Source: Oligoflexales bacterium
Lineage (GTDB): Bacteria > Bdellovibrionota_B > Oligoflexia > Oligoflexales > Bog-1112
Length of the DNA: 14,424 nucleotides
Reading direction: 5' to 3'
Assembly: GCA_045105515.1 (NCBI GenBank)
Contig: JBGCDR010000112.1
Span: forward strand, 1-14,424
The position numbers and the translations under genes are program-made. Below, in pieces: positions 8,247-14,424 of this stretch (positions are counted from its first letter, which is position 1; the number at the start of each line of letters is the position of its first letter). The notes beneath the pieces were generated by a model. It did not search any database, had not been told where the DNA came from, and saw only the letters and a program-made list of their open reading frames with translations.

Positions 8247-9604
8247 GGTTTTCTGTCCAACAGGCCAAGTCCTTGAAAGAACTATGGCGAGAATTTATTC
8301 CTCTTTCATTAAGCGACATAATGATGGCTTTTAGCGACCCTTTGATGACGGCAACTTTGGCGCATTTACCAGGTGCCAGAGCCAATATAGCAAGTCTTGG
8401 TATTGTGAAGTCACTGATTGTATTTTTTGAAAGTCCGATCATTATGATTCTGCATGCCTCAACCGCTCTTTCAGGGCATCGGCAATCTCGCAAGTATTTA
8501 GGGATGTTTACTTTTCTAGCCTGTTTGCTGCTTTCTGGTTTGCTATTAGTTTTAGGTATTCCTTTGGTGTTTAATTGGTTTGGAACCCATTTCCTTGGTA
8601 TCGATGAGCAAATGCTCCAAAGAACAGGAAGCATGCTTGTTGTTATGTTTCTCTGGCCTGCAGTTATTGGTTGGAGGCGTTTTTTTCAAGGGATTTTGAT
8701 TCAAGCTGGCCAAAGTAGAGCTTTGGCAAAAGCAAGCATGATGAGAATAAGTTATGTGGTCCTATCTTTAGCATTAGGATTTACGATGAGTTGGCAGGGG
8801 ACTACGATCATTGGAGTAAGTCTACTGGGTTCAATTTTTGTTGAAGCCTTGGTAGTTACTTTTGCCGCCTATGTAAGCAGAGCGATTGAGACCTATGAAA
8901 TGCCGAAGGAAAAGCAAAAGGTAGCCCCCAAATCTTTTACACAAGTATTAAAGTATTATCTTCCTCTCGCCAACTCCATGCTTGTGGTCTGGGGGGGGCG
9001 CTTTCTCCTAGTTGCTGTTATAGCAAGGTCAATTGACGGCAGTCTGTCTCTAGCAGTATGGCCTGCTAGCTGGGGTGTGGTTTTATTAATAGCTAATGCC
9101 ACTCGGATGGTACAGCAGGTAATCATTAAAAACCGCAGTACTGTTGCAGATGGAATCTTGGCGGGTTTTTCAATCAGTGTAGGAGCCTTGTTTTCCATTG
9201 TTCTATTGCTTATTCCAATAACATCTTTGGGACATAAGGTTTTAGAAGGATTCTTAGGCAATGATAAAGCAATGGTTGCCGGAGTTTCTCCGGTTATCCT
9301 GATCTGCACGATCGTCCCATTTTTAGTAGCAGTTCAAAATGCCCTTCAAGGTTTTCTAATGTCGGAAGGAAAAACCAAATGGATTAATACTTCTACGTGG
9401 CTTGGTACTGGGGTTTTACTTTTTGCAGCAGGTCTGGGTGTTAGTCAAAATTTCAGCGGATCAATAGTTGCTGCATTTGCCATGGTCTTGGCGCTCATAA
9501 CAGAAATAAGTATGCTTTCATATCTATTACTTAGCAAAAATATGCTTATATTTAATGAAATCTTGGTATCTACAAACAAACACCAAATTGCAGAGGGGAA
9601 TTAA
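8243..9604 (+). CDS. MATE/MOP-superfamily multi-pass membrane transporter (putative exporter)
   Basis: 453 aa with roughly 12 hydrophobic segments. It has two internally similar halves (WREFIPLSLS... / LKYYLPLANS...; RRFFQGILIQAGQSR / QNALQGFLMSEGKTK). ATGA overlap with the upstream stop implies translational coupling. Confidence 0.8.
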   Translation: MRFSVQQAKSLKELWREFIPLSLSDIMMAFSDPLMTATLAHLPGARANIASLGIVKSLIVFFESPIIMILHASTALSGHRQSRKYLGMFTFLACLLLSGLLLVLGIPLVFNWFGTHFLGIDEQMLQRTGSMLVVMFLWPAVIGWRRFFQGILIQAGQSRALAKASMMRISYVVLSLALGFTMSWQGTTIIGVSLLGSIFVEALVVTFAAYVSRAIETYEMPKEKQKVAPKSFTQVLKYYLPLANSMLVVWGGRFLLVAVIARSIDGSLSLAVWPASWGVVLLIANATRMVQQVIIKNRSTVADGILAGFSISVGALFSIVLLLIPITSLGHKVLEGFLGNDKAMVAGVSPVILICTIVPFLVAVQNALQGFLMSEGKTKWINTSTWLGTGVLLFAAGLGVSQNFSGSIVAAFAMVLALITEISMLSYLLLSKNMLIFNEILVSTNKHQIAEGN

Positions 9605-9605
9605 T

Positions 9606-10537
9606 ATGAATTTGTCTATTCCTCAATCAGAAATTAATATCTTTAAAAATCACAGATCATCTTATGAATCATCAACGGTAAGAGTACCAGCAACCTGTGG
9701 TGAATTAATGCAGGGGTATTTGGATGGACAAGATTTTTTGATCAATAGTCCCATTTCAAGGTTTGCTCGCTTTAAGGTAGATGTGCTCTCTAGCTCCAAG
9801 GTTGCAGTTAAGGGTAAAGGAAATTTTGGTAAAGTTAACAGGGCTGTAACTAAAACTTTATCTCTTTTGGGTAAGTCTGAAAAAGGGGCAAGTATCGAGG
9901 TCTTGGAATCAATCCCAAGGGGAAAAGGTTTAGCTTCAAGCACAGCAGAAATGACAGCTGCGATCTCAGCAACTTCTTTTGTGGTTTCCGGCACATACTG
10001 GGATGAAGAACGGTTTCCCCGTACTCTCTTGGAGATAGATCACTCAACCGATGCTGTGTACTGCCATGGCATCACAATGTGCGACTACCTTTCAGGAAAA
10101 GTTATTAAACATTTTTCTAAAATACCTTCCCTTGAATTTATCGTTGTGGATGCGGGATGCCAAGTGGAAACAGCAGATTTTGATCGCGAAAAAGCTAAAG
10201 CAAATGCTATAGAGCATCGAGAACGCTTGCAATCAGCGTTAGCTCTAATGATTTATGGATTGGAGCAACAGATTCCAACGCTTATTGCAAAAGCTGCAAC
10301 AGAAAGCGCTCTGTCAATCAAAGTATCCTTGGAAAACAAGGTTTGCAAGAGTTGCTCGAAGGAACACGTGCATGGGGTTCCCTTGGGGTTAACTGTGCTC
10401 ATACTGGTAGCGTTTTAGGTGTATTGTTTGACCCACTAAGCTGTGAAGGTGAAAAGCTCTATGAGCGGGTTCAGAGCCTTGTAGGCAAGGATAAGGTGAT
10501 AGGCAGGTATGAGCTTATCTCGGGTGGAATTTATTAA
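9606..10537 (+). pseudogene. PduX-like GHMP kinase (L-threonine/serine kinase-like), frameshifted at about 10312 (true lesion or sequencing error)
   Basis: The first frame carries PATCGELMQG and IPRGKGLASSTAE (GHMP ATP loop). The adjacent frame continues VNQSILGKQGLQELL...GVNCAHTGSVLGVLF...GGIY to TAA 10537. Adding one base near 10312 joins them into 310 aa. ATG 9606 has a GAGGGG RBS (9593-9598) and lies 1 nt after the transporter stop. Confidence 0.85.
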
Positions 10538-11043
10538 AGCTCTTCACCTTCATAATAATCTACGCTTTCTTGATCTTTGATAATTTTCATAAGCCAAGAA
10601 GAAGTAAAAAATCCTTTTCCAGCGTCTGAACTGCCAAAAATGCCAATTTTTTTGGAATCAGGGTAGCCTACCACATCAGTTGGCAGCATGGACGAAAGGC
10701 AAAGGTAGGTCAGGGAATTTTTTCCTGTATTTTTTAATGAATGGCTATTTTCTGGTCCCGGGGGAAATGAAGCAAAGTCATTTTGTTTGATTGGATACCA
10801 GGTATCATTGATTCTAACTTCGCCTTCTCCACTTAATATAAAAATGGATTCTTCGTTAGCACAATGAAAGTGATGAGGAAAAGATTCTTTTTCTGGCGGT
10901 AGCTCATACCAGGTGCAACCCACTATTTTATTGCCAGCTTCTACACCTATACGTTTGCTGCTAAATGCAAATCGATCTCCCTTTTCTCGTTTATTTTCAG
11001 GAATCTGCTCGAGGTTTCTAATTTGCTTATGTCGTTCGGCCAT
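10534..11043 (-). CDS. Cupin-domain protein
   Basis: Cupin motif 1 ELPPEKESFPHHFHCANEESIFILSGEG, motif 2 FPPGPENSHSLKN, and a DVVGYPDSKK tail. AGGAG RBS upstream of the ATG. Confidence 0.9.
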   Translation of the reverse strand: MAERHKQIRNLEQIPENKREKGDRFAFSSKRIGVEAGNKIVGCTWYELPPEKESFPHHFHCANEESIFILSGEGEVRINDTWYPIKQNDFASFPPGPENSHSLKNTGKNSLTYLCLSSMLPTDVVGYPDSKKIGIFGSSDAGKGFFTSSWLMKIIKDQESVDYYEGEEL

Positions 11044-11197
11044 TATGAACTCCTAAGGATTTTTATGAACTTTTAAAACATTGTATTTTTCTTGTGAAGA
11101 TGTGGAAAGGGGGCGCAAGTTCATCAATTAAACTTGAGCTTGAAAACTATACATGTGTTTGTTTTGATGTCGAAAAATAAATATTGCTTAGGAGCAA

Positions 11198-11791
11198 ATG
11201 ATGCCGTTTTCAATTATGTATCCATTAATTCCAGTATTAGCAGTTCTAATGTTTCCAGCTGGAGAATTCCCAGAAACCGGGCTACCTACTATAGACCGAA
11301 ATATTAACAATATTATTGAATATTATAGTGATGAGACAAATTTTGTTGATAAATTTGATAATATTGTAACGGAAGAATTTCTTATTGCCGATCTGTGTGA
11401 TGACCCCCACTATGATGAACCCGAAGTAAGCTTTGATGTTTCTGGCTATGTTTTCCATCAAGAAAATATAAGATTCGAGCAACGGCTCAACCACGCTTCT
11501 TATCGCTTGGCTGGTCGGGCTGGAAGCGTTCTAAGCAACCTTCAACTTGATCCTGAAAAGAAGGAAATTTACATGGATGTGCAAAATCATATCAGCGACC
11601 CTGTAAGAAGGCGAGTTCTTGGCAGTTATAATGAAAAAAATTTGGTTACCTGGCATGAGCAATACCAGCCTCAGTGCACTTACACACGTTTTAAATACAA
11701 GGTCGATCGCATAGTTCATCAGGTTTTGTCGAGAAAGTTTTCAAGCTACTCGAACTTTTGGGAATTTACCTGCGAATTTTTTATGGAGTAG
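11198..11791 (+). CDS. Hypothetical protein, hydrophobic N-terminus (possibly exported)
   Basis: 197-aa ORF with an AGGAG RBS before ATGATG (start 11198 or 11201) and N-terminal PLIPVLAVLMFPA. No family recognised. Confidence 0.65.
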   Translation: MMPFSIMYPLIPVLAVLMFPAGEFPETGLPTIDRNINNIIEYYSDETNFVDKFDNIVTEEFLIADLCDDPHYDEPEVSFDVSGYVFHQENIRFEQRLNHASYRLAGRAGSVLSNLQLDPEKKEIYMDVQNHISDPVRRRVLGSYNEKNLVTWHEQYQPQCTYTRFKYKVDRIVHQVLSRKFSSYSNFWEFTCEFFME

Positions 11792-11794
11792 TTC

Positions 11795-12022
11795 TTAACC
11801 TAAGATAGATGTTGATGGAGATCGTAGTTTGGTAAAATCGCTTTTGACATCACTAATATGCCAACCTGCATCTGCAATTCTAAAGCTAAGTTTGCTTTCT
11901 ATTTGAATCAGAACCTTATCTTTGTTGCAGTGTAAGCATTTTTGTGGTTTTGGGTCAGATTGTTTTAAGTAGTAACCTCTAATATAGTTACAGCTTGAAC
12001 ATTTGAACTCAGCAATCGGCAT
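11795..12022 (-). CDS. FmdB-family zinc-ribbon protein (divergent)
   Basis: MPIAEFKCSSC...CLHC...SFRIADAGWHISD parallels the family pattern MPIYEYxCxxC...CPxC...FxLKGSGWYxTD. Start moved to ATG 12022 (MPI), with AGGA upstream. Confidence 0.78.
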   Translation of the reverse strand: MPIAEFKCSSCNYIRGYYLKQSDPKPQKCLHCNKDKVLIQIESKLSFRIADAGWHISDVKSDFTKLRSPSTSILG

Positions 12023-12171
12023 AATCATCATCCTGAACAAGTGTAGATTAATTTAATTGGTATATAACAAGCTATCGGTCTTTGGGTCTACTCAGATTAA
12101 TTTACTGGTTACCCAAATGTACACCTTGAAACGTAATGCTGTCAAAAGGGCTGTCAAGGGTATTAAGCAAA

Positions 12172-13284
12172 TTACTTGTTAATCTTTTGAAAAAGAAAGA
12201 CTTTTCCTCGTAGAGGAATTCTATTTTCCGAACGGATGGGAGCTTCTTGCTGAGCCTTTATTTCAAATTTGTATTGCTTTGCTAATTCTTTGATGTATTT
12301 GTCTGAATGGCTAAATCTCGCCGTTTTTTGTAGTGAATAGTTGCCATTAGCCTGTGATTCAATAGAGAATAGAAATTTTCCAGAATCTACCAATACTTCA
12401 CTGACCAATGAGATGACCTTACTTAGGTCACCAAAATATATGAGCACATCAGCACCTACAACTAAGTCATATGATTGATTGCATTGAAGTAAGTAGTCAA
12501 TGAGATCAGATTTATGAAGCTTGCGGTATATTTTTTTTTGCTGAGCCTGCATAAGCATTTTTCCAGAAAGATCGACTCCATCCATGTACTTACAAATATT
12601 TTCTAGCTTAAGTCCACATAATCCTGTGCCACAACCAATATCTAAGCATCTAAGATACGTTTTTTTTGAGTAATGTATTTTTAGAATTTCAAAAAATAGT
12701 TGAGGAATTTTATAGGCTAAGTCTTCGAGCAGATTCGTTTCGAAAGTTTCGGCGTAGCCATCATAGAGTTTTTCTATGTATCTTTCCGGTGCCTTTTCAA
12801 TCGACTGATTAGCTTCGAATGCTGCAAGCATATAATGAGCATCAAACTTGTATTGAGAATTCATATTACTAACTACTCGATACCACTTCATGGCATCATT
12901 TATTTCTGATCTCACTCGGTAAATTTCAGCTAAGTGATAAGCTGATAGGTCTAAATCTGGGTTTATTTGGAATGCAGATTTTAGATGGAAGATAGCTTTA
13001 TCAAAATCTTGAAGATCTTTATAGACTAAGCCCAGGTAGTGGTGTGAAATGGAGCTATTTTTGTCGATTTTTAGCCCATGTTGAAGTTTAGTAACAGCCT
13101 TACTGTGATCTTCTAATAAGAAGTAAAGGTACCCAAGTTTATTGAGGACGAAGAGATTATTATTATCTAACGATAAACATGCTTCATAATTTTCAATAGC
13201 CTTATTGACAAGTTTATGTTTGCTAAACGTCTTAGCAAGAAACAGATATGAGGCGATTTTATGTTCTTTCAATTCCATTTTCAA
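12172..13284 (-). CDS. TPR-repeat protein with C-terminal class I SAM-dependent methyltransferase
   Basis: N-terminal TPR-like repeats (NKLGYLY...A, HYLGLVY...FDKAI...A...P). C-terminal motifs LYDGYAETFE...L.Y..P, LDIGCGTGLCG, GVDLSGKML, ADVLIYFGDL and RFSHS. Confidence 0.92.
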   Translation of the reverse strand: MKMELKEHKIASYLFLAKTFSKHKLVNKAIENYEACLSLDNNNLFVLNKLGYLYFLLEDHSKAVTKLQHGLKIDKNSSISHHYLGLVYKDLQDFDKAIFHLKSAFQINPDLDLSAYHLAEIYRVRSEINDAMKWYRVVSNMNSQYKFDAHYMLAAFEANQSIEKAPERYIEKLYDGYAETFETNLLEDLAYKIPQLFFEILKIHYSKKTYLRCLDIGCGTGLCGLKLENICKYMDGVDLSGKMLMQAQQKKIYRKLHKSDLIDYLLQCNQSYDLVVGADVLIYFGDLSKVISLVSEVLVDSGKFLFSIESQANGNYSLQKTARFSHSDKYIKELAKQYKFEIKAQQEAPIRSENRIPLRGKVFLFQKINK

Positions 13285-13297
13285 ACAGAGATCGTCC

Positions 13298-13696
13298 TTA
13301 AGAATCTTCAGCAGCAGCTTCGTATGTGATGATATTTTCTGGGAGCTTCTCCCATTTTGCTTTTGAACCGATGAAAATATGATGTTCTATTTCTATACTG
13401 GGATTACCATCAAGACAGCCGAGTGTGACACCATGTACTTTGTTGTTGTGGATTCCGCAAAGTGTGGAACCACATCGGCTACAAAACTGCAGTCCAAAAC
13501 CCTGATTATTTGTATATGAAGTAAGAAGATCTTGACCGCAAGTCCATTTAAAATGATTTGAATCAACTTGTGCATATGCAGAAGCTTGTGCACTAAATGC
13601 TTTTCGGCAGCGAGAACAGTGACAGGATCGACCCTTGAATAACTTTCCACTGATAGAATATTTTATTTTACCGCAAAAACAGCTACCTTTAACCAC
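13298..13696 (-). CDS. GFA (glutathione-dependent formaldehyde-activating / CENP-V) family protein
   Basis: GSCFCG, CHCSRCRK, FCSRCGS and HIFIGSKAKW motifs. GTG start with a GAGG RBS. Ends 13 nt before the TPR-methyltransferase start, so probably co-transcribed. Confidence 0.93.
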   Translation of the reverse strand: MVKGSCFCGKIKYSISGKLFKGRSCHCSRCRKAFSAQASAYAQVDSNHFKWTCGQDLLTSYTNNQGFGLQFCSRCGSTLCGIHNNKVHGVTLGCLDGNPSIEIEHHIFIGSKAKWEKLPENIITYEAAAEDS

Positions 13697-14063
13697 CAGC
13701 TTTTTTCCTCTTTAAAATCAGATTTACTCTGATAATTCTAATCCATGTTGTTGCTTTAGACTAGTAATCTATTTTTAATGTGATTTCTATCAACATCAAA
13801 AGGTTCGATTAATGAAAGCTTCCTATTACTCTTGGATTTCGGTAGATTTCTACCAAAAAAAAACATATTTCCTGTATAAGAATTTGCAAGATTAAACCCT
13901 CATTGATCATAATCAGATTGTTTTAAATATATTTTTATTCGAATTATGCATGAAAGTAAATCCACAATTTTTATCTTCAATAAATGACACAATACTAGTA
14001 CATCATTTAGGCATTAAAATCAATTTTAATGTATAATGATGACAGTAATAAATCATAGAATGT

Positions 14064-14300
14064 ATGGAAATTAAGATGAAAAAAACGAGTGTTTTTCAGT
14101 CGTTAAAACTTAAGCTTACTACCCTTGTTTGCTTACTAATTTTCACGACCATTACAGGTGTATCGTTTGCTGTCTATTTCACGACTATAGATCGCATTGA
14201 ATCAGATTTGGGGAAAATGGCACGTTCAATAGCACGTACTGCTGCAGTTCAAGTAGACGGAGATATGCATGAGGAGCTTGCTCGCAATAGAGTTGTCTAA
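14064..14300 (+). pseudogene. N-terminal fragment of a membrane-anchored sensor protein (histidine kinase / chemoreceptor / cyclase type), truncated
   Basis: SLKLKL, then a transmembrane helix (TTLVCLLIFTTITGVSFAVYF), then the start of an extracytoplasmic sensor domain (LGKMARSIARTAAVQVDGDMHEEL), followed by an abrupt stop. No convincing continuation on the + strand. Confidence 0.6.
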
Positions 14301-14424
14301 CAATTGATAAAACCCTTTGGTAGCTTAATTTATGTTATTTTATAGTTCCAAAGACCTGCTGCTGCGTAACCTATTTCATCACGAAGCTTATCAATTCTGA
14401 CTCTTAACTTTGAAGAAGCTGCGT
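14288..14424 (-). mobile_element. Probable right end of an IS5-family-like (ISL2/DDE_Tnp_4-type) insertion sequence; partial
   Basis: A minus-strand frame open from the window edge to TAA at 14330 encodes AASSKLRVRIDKLRDEIGYAAAGLWNYKIT, resembling the R...D...AGLWN C-terminus I recall for these transposases. About 40 nt beyond the stop, TA-GAGTTGTCTAACAATT coincides with the point where the sensor ORF breaks. Only 30 codons are visible. Confidence 0.5.

Noticed and set aside
9555..9605. Upstream ATG 9555 as the kinase start
   Set aside because: It would overlap the transporter by 50 nt; ATG 9606 has a clear GAGGGG RBS and follows the transporter stop directly.
7291..10047. Short ORFs 7291-7479, 7533-7772, 8224-8634, 8956-9309, 9662-9994 and 9850-10047
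   Set aside because: Out-of-frame or antisense shadows within the synthase, transporter and kinase genes.
10285..10325. Programmed -1 ribosomal frameshift in the kinase
   Set aside because: No X XXY YYZ slippery heptamer at the crossover (the nearby run is only four A) and no obvious stimulatory hairpin; a simple indel is more parsimonious.
10343..10537. 64-aa ORF as an independent gene
   Set aside because: It encodes the GHMP kinase C-terminal motif (AHTGSVLG) and is the frameshifted tail of the upstream ORF.
7119..10537. Assigning gene symbols cysK/sbnA and pduX
   Set aside because: The motifs deviate from CysK, there is no sbnB or siderophore synthetase, and no cob/cbi/pdu genes are in the window, so orthology is not supported.
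11282..13650. ORFs 11282-11494, 11531-11719 and 13393-13650
   Set aside because: They overlap better-supported genes on the opposite strand or in another frame, and have no motifs.
1..14424. CRISPR array, tRNA, rRNA, prophage genes
   Set aside because: No regularly spaced repeats, cloverleaf or rRNA-like segments, or phage hallmark proteins were seen; intergenic gaps are short and AT-rich.

Overview
AT-rich bacterial window with about 13 complete or near-complete genes. No rRNA, tRNA or CRISPR array was seen. In order: a cytoplasmic PAS-PAS-PAS hybrid histidine kinase; a class I/II PLP aminotransferase with a signal-peptide-like N-terminal extension; a Cys-rich secreted protein; and a stand-alone RelA/SpoT-type (small alarmone synthetase-like) protein with a signal-peptide-like N-terminus. 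Next is a co-oriented four-gene unit: a His-rich CxxC...KPP leader ORF (DUF2946/CutF/CruR-like architecture), an SbnA-like PLP beta-replacement enzyme, a MATE/MOP-type transporter, and a PduX-like GHMP kinase split by a one-base frameshift. The rest is a cupin, a hypothetical protein, an FmdB-type zinc ribbon, a TPR+SAM methyltransferase, a GFA-family protein, and an N-terminal sensor-gene fragment that appears cut by an IS5-family-like element at the window edge. The two best candidates for undescribed biology are (i) a putative metal-regulated minimal 'kinase + beta-replacement synthase + exporter' pathway for an amino-acid-derived metallophore (6497-10537) and (ii) a possibly exported alarmone-synthetase-like enzyme (5262-6266). 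All family calls come from motifs recognised by eye; no database search was run.
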